DNA from: an uncultured Gammaproteobacteria bacterium
GTDB lineage: Bacteria > Patescibacteriota > Patescibacteriia > UBA11705 > JABHMO01
Direction of reading: 5' to 3'
Length of the DNA: 64,000 bases
Assembly: GCA_964590105.1 (NCBI GenBank)
Contig: CAZPYM010000005.1
Location: forward strand, 19,015 to 83,014
Below are positions 17,198-27,219 of the stretch, in pieces. The notes under the pieces were generated by a model. It was given only the letters and a program-made list of their open reading frames with translations. It ran no database searches and was not told the origin of the DNA. Every line of letters starts with the position of its first letter. The first letter of the stretch is position 1. The translations under genes and the position numbers were made by a program.

Positions 17198-19000
17198 ATG
17201 GTCAGCGAAAATCAAGCGTATTTTTCCGACAGCCTGACGCAGGAGGCGATTCAGGCGTTGAAAACAGCCGGGCTGGTTATGGAGGAAAGGTTTGGCATTG
17301 CAGACGGCGTGACCGGCGTGCTGTTCGGCAAAGTCGGCGCGAATGAAGTTTTGATGAGCGTCGGCCTTGAAATTGTTTCAACGAAAAACAGTCTCTATGA
17401 TGGCATCAATTTCGTGGTGTTAAAAAAAGTTGGGCAAAAAACTGATCAGAATCAGCCAGGTCAGGTGCAGATTGAATTTGATAAAAACACGAACTGGGGT
17501 GATACGACAGGCTGGTTGAAACAGGCGGCGATGGATTATCTGGCGCCGATTTTAGCGCCGGAAATACAAAAGATAGTGTTTTATCATCATCACGATGACT
17601 TTGTGGAATTGTTTCGATATCAAAACCAGGATACGATATTTAGGGTTTTTTGGGGCCGTATTGCTGACGGCACAGAAGGAGTTGTGAAGATTGTGGAATG
17701 CGTATCGCTGGTTGGAAACAATATGTTTTTGTCCGGCGACAATGTGCGTTTGAGCGGATATAATGAAATGACGGAAAGAGTGCGCCGGGAGTTGAAATTA
17801 GCGACAGACCGGATGAAAAAGCCGGATTTTCAGCAATATGTTGAACTGCGGAAAAACGTTGTTGCGCATGGGCGTTTTTCATCCTCTGATAATTTTATTG
17901 ATGCAATCATTCAGAAATTGCTGAAAAAGTCATCGCTCATCAAGCGGGTGGAAATGCATTATGAAAAAACTGTTCAACCGGGAAAAGAGATGAAGGACAC
18001 TTTAGTCGTTTGTCTGTTCGCCGGATTGGGACAGAATCACGCTGCGTCCGTAAAGGTGCCGCAAAAAATTTTTGGCCGGGCAGTTTCATGCTTAAAGCAT
18101 TGCGGCCATATGTCATCTGAGATGGAAGAAGGCATCGTGTTCATGGATGGCGACTACGCGGTGGCTGAATTCATCGGCAACACCCTGTATGTGTTTCATC
18201 ATCTTGGTTGTCAGGGTGACAAACATGAAACGGAAATTTTCTGCCATCTGCTGGGACTGGTGGAGGGAGAGTTGACTAAGCCCGAAGAGCAGAAAGCGGT
18301 CGAGCGCGATGCAAGGCGCAGGGCGATTTTGGAAAGATCCCGAGAACAATATGCGGACATGTGCCGCGAGCGTTATAGAATAGAGGTGGAAAGCCTGCAA
18401 CGACTGGTAGGACAAATGAGTGAGCAGGCAGTTGAGTTTCGGAAAAAGTACATTGAGGCGGTGCGCGAGATGGAGTTTTCTGAGCAAAAATTGGTAGTTC
18501 TGTCGCAATCCGGAAAGCCGATTTTGGAAAAATACCGGGCGGAGTTCGATCAGATGACCGCATGGCCAAACGTAAGAATGGTTCAGACTGATAACCAAGG
18601 TATTTTGACGGTAATGACCGATGTTTTGTTCGCGACCGATCCGCGGAGCCAGAAAGTTCACGAAATAGGCGAATTCAAAATCGTCATCAATGTGAAAAAC
18701 GGTGACATTCGCTGGTACAATCAGACGCGTTTGGTTGTCGGCTATGATGGGATACAATTCAACGCGCCTCATGTAAGGGAAAACGGCGCTGCTTGCCTTG
18801 GTAACGCGTCCGGCCCGATCGCCGAGATGGTGGCGCGCCATGAATTCTCGGCGCTGGTGGCGCTGGCTATCCAGTTCGTTGAAACAGTAAATGTTGATCC
18901 GGGCGAGAATTGGGGACCGTTCATTGACAAATGGCCGACGGTGGGCGGACAGCCTGAAAAGGAGAAAAGAAAGCCGCCTAAGAAACGGACAAAGAAATAA
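17198..19000 (+). CDS. Hypothetical 600-aa protein; C-terminal ~130 aa show a UBC/E2-like signature (speculative)
   Basis: RBS GGGAGGTGG precedes ATG (MVSENQ). Near the C-terminus GYDGIQFNAPHVRENGAACLGN resembles the UBC HPN-loop plus catalytic Cys (compare FHPNINSNGSICLDIL). A helix ALVALAIQFV follows. The N-terminal region is His/Cys-rich. Confidence 0.55.
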   Translation: MVSENQAYFSDSLTQEAIQALKTAGLVMEERFGIADGVTGVLFGKVGANEVLMSVGLEIVSTKNSLYDGINFVVLKKVGQKTDQNQPGQVQIEFDKNTNWGDTTGWLKQAAMDYLAPILAPEIQKIVFYHHHDDFVELFRYQNQDTIFRVFWGRIADGTEGVVKIVECVSLVGNNMFLSGDNVRLSGYNEMTERVRRELKLATDRMKKPDFQQYVELRKNVVAHGRFSSSDNFIDAIIQKLLKKSSLIKRVEMHYEKTVQPGKEMKDTLVVCLFAGLGQNHAASVKVPQKIFGRAVSCLKHCGHMSSEMEEGIVFMDGDYAVAEFIGNTLYVFHHLGCQGDKHETEIFCHLLGLVEGELTKPEEQKAVERDARRRAILERSREQYADMCRERYRIEVESLQRLVGQMSEQAVEFRKKYIEAVREMEFSEQKLVVLSQSGKPILEKYRAEFDQMTAWPNVRMVQTDNQGILTVMTDVLFATDPRSQKVHEIGEFKIVINVKNGDIRWYNQTRLVVGYDGIQFNAPHVRENGAACLGNASGPIAEMVARHEFSALVALAIQFVETVNVDPGENWGPFIDKWPTVGGQPEKEKRKPPKKRTKK

Positions 19001-19005
19001 GACAA

Positions 19006-19036
19006 AAGCCGACTCGCAACGAGCCGGCTTTTTTAT
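19006..19036 (+). terminator. Rho-independent terminator after the 600-aa gene
   Basis: agccgactcg-caac-gagccggct followed by TTTTTT. Confidence 0.6.
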
Positions 19037-19072
19037 TTAGATTTTTGAATTTTATCAAAAATTTAAAATTAA

Positions 19073-21655
19073 TTATTTTATAACGCTTTTTAAATATTTT
19101 CCAGTCCAGCTATGCGCGTATCTGGCAATATCTTCCGGCGTGCCGACTTTCACGATTTCGCCGCCGCCGGTGCCGCCTTCTGGGCCGAGGTCAATGATCC
19201 AGTCAGCGCATTTTATCACGTCCAGATTGTGTTCAATTATCATGACAGTATTGCCTTGCGAAACCAGACGTTGAATTACTTCAAGTAATTTTCTAACATC
19301 ATCATAATGCAAGCCGACTGTTGGCTCATCCATCAGATACAGAGTTTTGGTTGTACTGCGCTTGGCCAGTTCGCGGCTCAATTTGATTCTCTGCGCTTCG
19401 CCACCGGAAAGAGTGGTGGCTGATTGGCCGAGAGTCAGATAATCCAGACCGACTTCATTCAGCATTTTAAATTTGTCGTAAACAAATGGCACGTCTCTAA
19501 AAAAATCTTTGGCCTGCTCAATGGTCATATTCAATACATCGGAAATGTTTTTTCCTTTGTAATGAACTTGCAGAGTTTCTTTATTAAATCTTTTGCCCTT
19601 GCAAATATCGCAGGTGACCTCGACGCTTGGTAGGAAATGCATTTCAATCTGCAAACGACCCCGACCCTCGCAATGTTCACAGCGGCCACCGGGACGATTG
19701 AAACTAAATCTGCCGACTTTGTAGCCGCGAATTCTAGCTTCTTGAGTGGAAGCAAAAATCTCACGGATATAATCAAATGCTTTGGTATAGGTCGCCGGAT
19801 TTGAGCGCGGAGTGCGGCCGATCGGGGATTGATCGATTTTTACTATTTTGTCTATATAATCTGTGCCGCTGATTGATTTGTGTTTGCCAACCCATTTATT
19901 CATTCTGAATTTTTTATTTTGAATCGCCCGATAGAGAATGTCGTGCATAAGGGTCGATTTTCCGGAGCCGGAAACGCCGGTCAGGCAAACCAGTCGGCGT
20001 AAAGGAATTTCTACAGTAATGTTTTTTAAATTATGTTCAGCCGCGCCGACTATTTTGATTATTGGCGTATTTTTGTCAACCTTGCGCCTTTGCGCTGGTA
20101 GGGGAATCATTAGTTCATTGCGTAAATATTTGCCGGTTAGGGAATCTTTTGCTGAGCCCTGAAGCGCGCAATCAAGCTCGGTTTTTGCCTGAACAATTTT
20201 GGTGTTCAAAATGTTATTCAACGGGCCGTTAAATACAATTTGTCCGCCATGAATTCCGGCGCTCGGTCCGATATCAACCAGCCAGTCACTGGCAAGAATC
20301 GTATTTTCATCATGCTCCACAATAATAATTGTGTTGCCGATATCGCAAAGGTCGCGTAGGGTGGAAACCAGCTGGTCATTGTCTTTTTGATGAAGTCCGA
20401 TTGTCGGCTCGTCCAGCACATAGAGCGCGCCGACCAGTTTGGTGCCAACCTGTGAAGCCAGTCTTATTCTTTGCGCCTCGCCGCCGGACATGGTGCCGGC
20501 GCGGCGATTTAGCGTCAGATAATGAAGGCCAACATTTAGCATGAATTCCAGGCGGTTTTTTATTTCATTCAGAACCACGCCGCTGATTTCCAGTTGTTTT
20601 GTGGTCAGCTTTTTATCCAGTTTAGAAAAAAAGTCAAAAGCCTCGGCAATGGTAAAGTCTGAAATCTGCCAAATATTTTTTTCGGCAATTTTGACGCTTA
20701 GCGCATTTTTATTCAGGCGTTTTCCTTCACACTTCGGACAGGGTTCATTACTGAATAATTCTTTTATCCCAAGTCCGGTGCAATAGTCGCAGTAGCCATA
20801 AGGGCTATTGAAACTGAAAAGCCGCGGTTCTATTTCCGGAAAGCTGTAGCCGTCATTAACGCAGGAGTATTCGGTGCTGAATATTTTTTCAGTTTTGTCG
20901 GGATAAATAATAGTGCAAAGCCCATTGGAAAGTTCGATCGCGTTTTCAACCGCTTCGGCAATTCTTTGCAAAACTGTGGGCGTATTATCAATCGCCGAAG
21001 CATTGAGCATGGTGATTTTGTCAACAACAACTTCAATGGTATGTTTGTCGTTTTTTGCCAGCAAAACGCGGTTTTTTAGTTGTTTAAATTTTCCGTCGAG
21101 ACGCGCTTCGGCAAAGCCATTATTATAAATATCATACAGGAGCTGGTGATATTCGCCCTTGCGTCCGCGGACGATTGGCGAGAGAATTTGCATTTCAGCT
21201 GGAGACAAAGTTTTTTCATTTTTAAATTTATTAATAATCCGGTCGACTATTTCATCTGAAGTTGTTTTTTCCATGATCGCTTCGCAAAGCGGGCAGTGCG
21301 GTTGGCCGATTTTGGCAAAAAGTACTCTTAAATAATCATATACTTCAGTAATAGTGGCGACGGTTGAGCGCGGATTGGCGCTGTGCGCTTTTTGATCAAT
21401 CGAAATGGCGGGGGACAGGCCGGTTATTTCGTCCACATTTGGTTTTTGCAGGCCGCCGAGAAATTGTCTGGCATATGACGACAAGCTTTCAATATATCTT
21501 CTCTGGCCTTCGGCAAAAATCGTATCAAAAGCCAGGCTGGATTTTCCTGATCCGGAAATGCCGGTAAACACGATCATTTTGTTGCGCGGAATTTCCAGAT
21601 TAATGTTTTTTAAATTATGTTCGCGCGCGCCTTTGATTGTGATTTTATTTTCCAT
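19073..21655 (-). CDS. uvrA: Excinuclease ABC subunit A
   Basis: [18 protein letters not shown]...[14 protein letters not shown]. Two ABC ATPase modules and Zn-finger Cys pairs are present. The start is refined to the MENK Met. Confidence 0.9.
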   Translation of the reverse strand: MENKITIKGAREHNLKNINLEIPRNKMIVFTGISGSGKSSLAFDTIFAEGQRRYIESLSSYARQFLGGLQKPNVDEITGLSPAISIDQKAHSANPRSTVATITEVYDYLRVLFAKIGQPHCPLCEAIMEKTTSDEIVDRIINKFKNEKTLSPAEMQILSPIVRGRKGEYHQLLYDIYNNGFAEARLDGKFKQLKNRVLLAKNDKHTIEVVVDKITMLNASAIDNTPTVLQRIAEAVENAIELSNGLCTIIYPDKTEKIFSTEYSCVNDGYSFPEIEPRLFSFNSPYGYCDYCTGLGIKELFSNEPCPKCEGKRLNKNALSVKIAEKNIWQISDFTIAEAFDFFSKLDKKLTTKQLEISGVVLNEIKNRLEFMLNVGLHYLTLNRRAGTMSGGEAQRIRLASQVGTKLVGALYVLDEPTIGLHQKDNDQLVSTLRDLCDIGNTIIIVEHDENTILASDWLVDIGPSAGIHGGQIVFNGPLNNILNTKIVQAKTELDCALQGSAKDSLTGKYLRNELMIPLPAQRRKVDKNTPIIKIVGAAEHNLKNITVEIPLRRLVCLTGVSGSGKSTLMHDILYRAIQNKKFRMNKWVGKHKSISGTDYIDKIVKIDQSPIGRTPRSNPATYTKAFDYIREIFASTQEARIRGYKVGRFSFNRPGGRCEHCEGRGRLQIEMHFLPSVEVTCDICKGKRFNKETLQVHYKGKNISDVLNMTIEQAKDFFRDVPFVYDKFKMLNEVGLDYLTLGQSATTLSGGEAQRIKLSRELAKRSTTKTLYLMDEPTVGLHYDDVRKLLEVIQRLVSQGNTVMIIEHNLDVIKCADWIIDLGPEGGTGGGEIVKVGTPEDIARYAHSWTGKYLKSVIK

Positions 21656-21783
21656 AAGTGTTACGGATGTACAGATTTGCAGGTACGGATTATGCAGATT
21701 CATTGGAGGAAATAGATAACAGGGGTTCACTTGAAATTATACGAAGCCATCGCTAATTCAGCCGCAATCTGTACTATCTGTAA

Positions 21784-22791
21784 TCAAATTTGTACATCTG
21801 TACTTGTCTTAAGTTGGCCGCAGGCGGCATTGATATCCTCGCCAAATCGATGGCGGACAGAGGTTTCGAGGCCCCTTTCAATTAAGATGTTTTTGAAGTT
21901 TTCAATGGCCGCGGGAGTTGAAGCTGTGAATTTACCGGTGGAATTGTATGGTACCAGATTGACAACGCAGATTCTGCCTTTTAATAAATCTGCCAGTTGT
22001 CGCGCCTGTTTTCCTGAATCATTAATTTCCTGAATCAAGGTATACTCAAACATGACTTTGCGGTTGGTGTCAAAGATGTATTTGTCGACAGCGTCCAGCA
22101 CTTTTTTTAACGGATACTTTTTATTCAAAGGCATAAGGCTGGAACGCAGTTCGTCGTTCGGCGCGTGCAAAGAAATAGCCAGATTGACTTGCGGTTCTTT
22201 TTTTGCCAGTTCTCTGATTCCGTCCACAATGCCGCAGGTGGAAATGGAAATCCTGCGACTACCGATATTGAAGTAATTTTTATCTTTGAAAATTTTTATG
22301 GCCGCGAAAACATTTGCCGAATTTAGAAACGGTTCGCCCATGCCCATGAAAACAATATTGGTAACTTTTTGATCTTGAGATTTTAGAATTCTAGCAAACA
22401 TTAAGACTTGTTCTGCTATTTCAAGAGTAGAGAGATTTCTTTTGAATCCCATTTGTCCGGTGGCGCAAAATTCGCAGGCCAGTGGACAGCCGATTTGCGT
22501 TGAGACGCAGACTGTGTTCCGGCCATCTCTGTGGCGCATGAGTACGGTTTCAACTTTTTTCCCGTCTTCAAATTCAATCAGCGCTTTGGCGGTAAATTTA
22601 TCATTGGAATAAAAAATTTGAGCCTTGATTTCCAAGGGACATTTTTCATTTAGCTCTTGCCGCAATTCTTTTGGCAGGCTGGTGGCGTTTTCCCAGTCAT
22701 CAATCAGTTCATTAAAGATTGCTTTGTAGGTTTGCTTTTGGCGAAAAGCCGGAAGCGTTTTTAATTCATTATTCAGATTTTCTAAATTCAT
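21784..22791 (-). CDS. rlmN: Radical-SAM 23S rRNA (A2503-C2)/tRNA methyltransferase
   Basis: CPLACEFCATG (CxxxCxxC) and the MGMGEP motif. Confidence 0.85.
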   Translation of the reverse strand: MNLENLNNELKTLPAFRQKQTYKAIFNELIDDWENATSLPKELRQELNEKCPLEIKAQIFYSNDKFTAKALIEFEDGKKVETVLMRHRDGRNTVCVSTQIGCPLACEFCATGQMGFKRNLSTLEIAEQVLMFARILKSQDQKVTNIVFMGMGEPFLNSANVFAAIKIFKDKNYFNIGSRRISISTCGIVDGIRELAKKEPQVNLAISLHAPNDELRSSLMPLNKKYPLKKVLDAVDKYIFDTNRKVMFEYTLIQEINDSGKQARQLADLLKGRICVVNLVPYNSTGKFTASTPAAIENFKNILIERGLETSVRHRFGEDINAACGQLKTSTDVQI

Positions 22792-23014
22792 AATTAAAAT
22801 TTGCCCCGTTCCTGCTCGTACTAGGGGGTAGTGAATAGATTATTTGTCTGCAGTATACGATTATCAGAGTGTTTTGTCAATTTGAGAAAGTCGGCGGTTT
22901 TATGTTTTCACTAAATTTACTAAAATAAACCCTAGAGAGGTTGACAAAGTGTTTTTTTATTGATATATTAATTTGTCAGTGCTCTTTGAACGGCGAATAA
23001 AAGGAGGTGATAAG

Positions 23015-23590
23015 ATGGAATGGTTGATTATTTGGACGCCTGTGATTGTCGGAGGAATTGTTTTCATCTATTTTGCCGGCAAAATGGTTGGACTGTATTT
23101 GAACAAAAATCAGAAAAGAAACAGGCGAGTTTTTCTTGTTTATTTGTTTAGCTTGCTAGCGGTTGCCATGATTACGGCAATCTATACCGTTAGCGTTTTG
23201 ACAGAAAAAGACGAGAAAGAAGATCAGCCGGCAAAAATTTCTGTTTGCGAACAGTTTTTCCGCGTGGGTGATATTCAGGTTCAGCTGATGCGGAATAGTG
23301 TGCTTTTGGAGAACGATGGGCCAGAACGCATGGGCCGGACATACTATCAGTTTGAAACGCGGGAAATGACGAACGGAATGTACGGCGATGCCAAAGTCTG
23401 GAAACACAATACTGTGTTTGCCGGATTGAATCCCGGAGAATATTATCACTATCTTCAGGGTGCGCGCATGGCTGAAGACATTGAGTTTGTGCGCATCCGG
23501 CCGGAAGGCGGGAGCAAGTGGTATGAGATTGACGTCTCGAAGTGCGAAATGAAATCTTTTGCTGTTCAGCCGGGGAAGCCGCCCTGGTAG
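23015..23590 (+). CDS. Hypothetical membrane protein
   Basis: RBS AGGAGGTG precedes ATG (MEWLIIW). Two N-terminal TM helices. Confidence 0.45.
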   Translation: MEWLIIWTPVIVGGIVFIYFAGKMVGLYLNKNQKRNRRVFLVYLFSLLAVAMITAIYTVSVLTEKDEKEDQPAKISVCEQFFRVGDIQVQLMRNSVLLENDGPERMGRTYYQFETREMTNGMYGDAKVWKHNTVFAGLNPGEYYHYLQGARMAEDIEFVRIRPEGGSKWYEIDVSKCEMKSFAVQPGKPPW

Positions 23591-23747
23591 CGGCTAGAAA
23601 TACAAAAAACCGGACGCGACCGAGTCGTTGTCCGTTTTTTTTTGTTGCAAAGTGAGAAGAAATATTATCGCGTGCGGCGGGGTTTTATTGTTGTTGCGGC
23701 GGGATTCTGGAATCCCGCCTACACAAGAAGGATATTGCGGCGGGATT

Positions 23748-25790
23748 TTATTTGAGCTTTAACCGAAGCAGGCGGATCTCATCGCGCAGTACAGCGGCCA
23801 GTTCGAATTCCAGTTTATTGGCCGCCTGCTTCATTTGCATTTCCTTGTCTTTTATAATTATGTTAATCGGCCGATTGTCGCCTTGTAAATCCAGTTTGAG
23901 AATTGATTTTCTTGTTTCTTGATTTCTTGATTTTTTATTCTTCATAACAGTGAGTCCGAAGTCAGCCAAAATATTATTAATTGCCTTTTCAATTGTCTTC
24001 GGGGTAATGCCGTGTTTTTTGTTGTAGGCGATCTGAGTTTTTCGACGGCGATTGGTTTCCGTGAGCGCTCGCTTGATTGAATTGGTTATTTCATCGGCAT
24101 AAAGTATAACGCGACCATTGATATTTCTGGCGGCTCGGCCGATTGTTTGAATCAAGCTGGTATCGTTGCGCAAAAAGCCTTCTTTGTCAGCATCAAGGAT
24201 CGCCACCAGCGAGACTTCCGGGATATCCAATCCTTCGCGTAAGAGGTTTACGCCAACCAATACATCAATCTTGCCTTGCCGCAATTCAGTGATGATCTGA
24301 ATGCGTTCCAGCGTATTGATATCGCTGTGCAAATAGGAGACTTTGAAGCTCAGCTTTTTGAGATAATCAGTTAAATCTTCGGCAGTTCGCTTTGTTAAAG
24401 TTGTGACTAATGTTTTTTCCTTGATTTTTATTTGTTTGTGAATTTCAGAAATTAAATCCTCGACCTGTGTTTTGCCTAATTTAGTGTTATTTGTTCCAGC
24501 TTTGGCAGTGATTGCTTTAATTACAACGTCCGGGTCAACCAATCCTGTCGGTCGGACTATCTGTTCAACGATTTGTTGGCTTGATTTTAATTCATATTCA
24601 GCCGGCGTGGCAGAGGTGTAGATTACTGAACAAATTTTGTGTTCAAACTCGTCGGAAGTCAGTGGCCGATTGTCCCCGGCGCTCGGCAGGCGGAAGCCAT
24701 GTTCAATCAAAACACTTTTGCGTGCTTTGTCTCCATTGTACATGCCGCGGATTTGCGGCAGAGTGACATGAGATTCGTCAACCACCGTTAAAAATTTTTC
24801 AGAGCATTTTTGAAAATAATCAAGCAAAGTAAAGGGCGGCCGGCCCGGCGCGCGGCCGTCAAAGTGCCGTGAATAATTTTCTATGCCGGAGCAATAGCCA
24901 ATATTGGCAATCATTTCAAGGTCATATTTAACCCGGCGAGACAATCTCTCATGTTCTAATAATTTGCCTTGTTTTTTGAACTTCGCCAGCTGTTCTTTTA
25001 ATTCCTGCCGAATATTTTTGAAAGCGGTCTCTTTTGTTTGCTCTCCGATAACATAATGCTTGGCCGGAAAAAGCCAGATATCTTCAACTTGTTTCAGGGC
25101 GATGCGGGTGACAGGATCCAGTACTTCAATCAAATCAATCTTGTCGCTGATTTCAAAACGAATTATTTTTTCTTCATTGATCGGCATGATTTCAAACACT
25201 TGTCCGCGCATTCGAAAGTAACCGCGCTTTAGATCAGAATTAGTGCGGTTGAATTGCATTTCAATCAGCTGTTCCATCATCGCCCGGCGATCAAGTTTTT
25301 GATTTTTTTTCAGATGCAAAACAATGCGTTCATATTCAGCCGGCGAACCAAGGCCATAAATTGCAGAAACAGAAGCAACAATGATCACGTCCCGGCGGGT
25401 TAAAAGCGCTTGCGTACACGCGTGTCTTAGTCGGTCAATTTCTTCATTAATCTGCGCTTCTTTTTCTATATAAGTGTCAGAAGACGGTAAATATGCTTCC
25501 GGCTGATAATAATCATAGTAGCTGACAAAAAATTCTACCGCATTGTCCGGAAAAAACTGGCGGAATTCATTGCAAAGCTGAGCGGCCAGAGTTTTGTTGT
25601 GCGCTATTACCAGAGTGGGTAATTGAACTTTTTCAATCACATTGGCAATGGTAAATGTTTTTCCAGAGCCGGTTACGCCGAGTAGTGTTTGTTTGTCAAA
25701 GTCCTTGTCCAGTCCCTGAACAAGTTTTTTGATCGCTTGCGGCTGATCACCGGTCGGCTTGTAATCAGATTTTAATTTGAATCGGTTCAT
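23748..25790 (-). CDS. uvrB: Excinuclease ABC subunit B
   Basis: TGDQPQAI, GVTGSGKT and the C-terminal UVR domain ...LRDEIRLLRLKL. Confidence 0.9.
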   Translation of the reverse strand: MNRFKLKSDYKPTGDQPQAIKKLVQGLDKDFDKQTLLGVTGSGKTFTIANVIEKVQLPTLVIAHNKTLAAQLCNEFRQFFPDNAVEFFVSYYDYYQPEAYLPSSDTYIEKEAQINEEIDRLRHACTQALLTRRDVIIVASVSAIYGLGSPAEYERIVLHLKKNQKLDRRAMMEQLIEMQFNRTNSDLKRGYFRMRGQVFEIMPINEEKIIRFEISDKIDLIEVLDPVTRIALKQVEDIWLFPAKHYVIGEQTKETAFKNIRQELKEQLAKFKKQGKLLEHERLSRRVKYDLEMIANIGYCSGIENYSRHFDGRAPGRPPFTLLDYFQKCSEKFLTVVDESHVTLPQIRGMYNGDKARKSVLIEHGFRLPSAGDNRPLTSDEFEHKICSVIYTSATPAEYELKSSQQIVEQIVRPTGLVDPDVVIKAITAKAGTNNTKLGKTQVEDLISEIHKQIKIKEKTLVTTLTKRTAEDLTDYLKKLSFKVSYLHSDINTLERIQIITELRQGKIDVLVGVNLLREGLDIPEVSLVAILDADKEGFLRNDTSLIQTIGRAARNINGRVILYADEITNSIKRALTETNRRRKTQIAYNKKHGITPKTIEKAINNILADFGLTVMKNKKSRNQETRKSILKLDLQGDNRPINIIIKDKEMQMKQAANKLEFELAAVLRDEIRLLRLKLK

Positions 25791-25835
25791 ATAGAACGAT
25801 TGTACATAGTCTGAAAATTATTTTCAACCTATTTT

Positions 25836-25868
25836 CAAAATCAAAAAGAGCGTTGAAAAATGCGCTCT
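25836..25868. terminator. Hairpin (agagcg/cgctct) with flanking A-run and T-run
   Basis: aaaaagagcgttgaaaaatgcgctcttttt. Confidence 0.35.
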
Positions 25869-26087
25869 TTTTGTTACCTCAGTCTATCTTTTGTCGTCTT
25901 TTTCCGGCTTGGCGGTCTTGCGCAAAGATAGTCTGGGCTTTTTCTTGTAGCCCAGATATTTTTCTAGTTTTTTTTGTTTTTTTTCTCGATAACGCTCCAG
26001 CGGAGTTTTGTATTTTTTTTGCATATTTTTTTAATGTGTTATGAAATGGATAGTGGCTTAATTTCATTATATACAATTTTGTTCAGG

Positions 26088-26116
26088 TTGACAAAGGAGG
26101 TGGTAGACAGTAAGAT
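26088..26116 (+). promoter_or_regulatory. Candidate sigma70 promoter
   Basis: TTGACA (26088..26093), 17-nt spacer, TAAGAT (26111..26116). Confidence 0.3.
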
Positions 26117-26146
26117 GAATTTGATAGCCTATTTAGGAGGTGAATA

Positions 26147-26515
26147 ATGGAAAAACTCCAGCGAGTGATGGTTAACTATGCTGATTGGAGCCAATATGGT
26201 TGCCCATATTGCCGGCGTCAAGAGTCATTGGCGGGTATTTCCAGAGGAACTGTGTATTCGGTGGTGAGATGTTCAGGATGCAGAAAACTTTTTGCCATCC
26301 TTTTTTCGCCGGATTACATGAAGGTGCAGCACTTTTCCGGCCAAGGAACAATTGATCTTTTGGTCCGTGAAGATGACGGCGATAAAGTTCGCGTATTCAA
26401 TTATGAAGATTTGGTTCAGGCGGCAGAGAGGTTCCAGTCGATCGTTGCGCAATTCCGTGACCGTGAATTTGTTCTTCAAAAGCATCCGCAACCTGAAAAG
26501 GTTAAGCGTCGCTAA
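26147..26515 (+). CDS. Hypothetical protein with CxxC...CxxC zinc-ribbon
   Basis: CPYCRR ... CSGCRK. RBS AGGAGGTG is present. Confidence 0.45.
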   Translation: MEKLQRVMVNYADWSQYGCPYCRRQESLAGISRGTVYSVVRCSGCRKLFAILFSPDYMKVQHFSGQGTIDLLVREDDGDKVRVFNYEDLVQAAERFQSIVAQFRDREFVLQKHPQPEKVKRR

Positions 26516-26523
26516 AATCAAAA

Positions 26524-26552
26524 ATCCGCAAAACATTCGCGGATTTTTTTTA
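26524..26552 (+). terminator. Rho-independent terminator
   Basis: atccgcaaaacattcgcggat followed by TTTTTTTT. Confidence 0.55.
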
Positions 26553-26565
26553 TTTGGCGGAAAAA

Positions 26566-27219
26566 TTATTTATTATTGATTTCTTTTTCCAGTTCAATCA
26601 AAAAATTCTGCATTTTTTTAATTAATTTTTTTGACAATCGCTTGGCGGTCTCAGTGTTCAAATTATCAAAAAAGCTTATCTGAAAATTAATTTGATCGGC
26701 AACAGTGACTATTGCTGTTTTTTTTGCACGAAAGTATTTGTCAAAATTAAAATTATTAAATCCCCAGGATGAGCCCTTTGTATTTCCTGTTAGGTATTCA
26801 GGCAAATAGTTTTTTGACATACAGGCTCGCATAATCCCGACATTGCCAAGTGAATCAAGCATGTCAGCGTCGCGCAGAATAGCTAATAATTCCCCTGGTA
26901 GTTTTTGGATAGTATTGTGATGCCTGATGGCAAAACAGATTTCATTGATTTTCGACTTGCTGAAAAGGTTTAAGTCGGCCAAAATTTTTCGACTGATTTT
27001 CGCGCCGGCAATTCCATGGCGATTGACTTTTCTTACCCGCGACAGACCGATGTCATGTAGAAGGCAGGCTGCTTCGAGTAATTCGCGTTGAGGAAATCCT
27101 TCTTTTTCTGCAATGATCAAGGCCCAGCGTCTTACGCGTTCAACGTGTTTGTAGTCATGGGCGACTTTGGTTAATTCTTTCTGCGCTATTTTTTTTAATA
27201 TTTTTATTTTTTTCGTCAT
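26566..27219 (-). CDS. HD-domain phosphohydrolase
   Basis: H...HD motif: HDYKHVERV ... LLHDIGLSR. Confidence 0.7.
   Translation of the reverse strand: MTKKIKILKKIAQKELTKVAHDYKHVERVRRWALIIAEKEGFPQRELLEAACLLHDIGLSRVRKVNRHGIAGAKISRKILADLNLFSKSKINEICFAIRHHNTIQKLPGELLAILRDADMLDSLGNVGIMRACMSKNYLPEYLTGNTKGSSWGFNNFNFDKYFRAKKTAIVTVADQINFQISFFDNLNTETAKRLSKKLIKKMQNFLIELEKEINNK

Noticed and set aside
25879-26076. 65-aa and 46-aa Lys-rich small ORFs upstream of uvrB
   Set aside because: Two alternative frames of the same short AT-rich stretch. Neither has a convincing RBS or a recognisable family. The region is left unannotated except for the hairpin.
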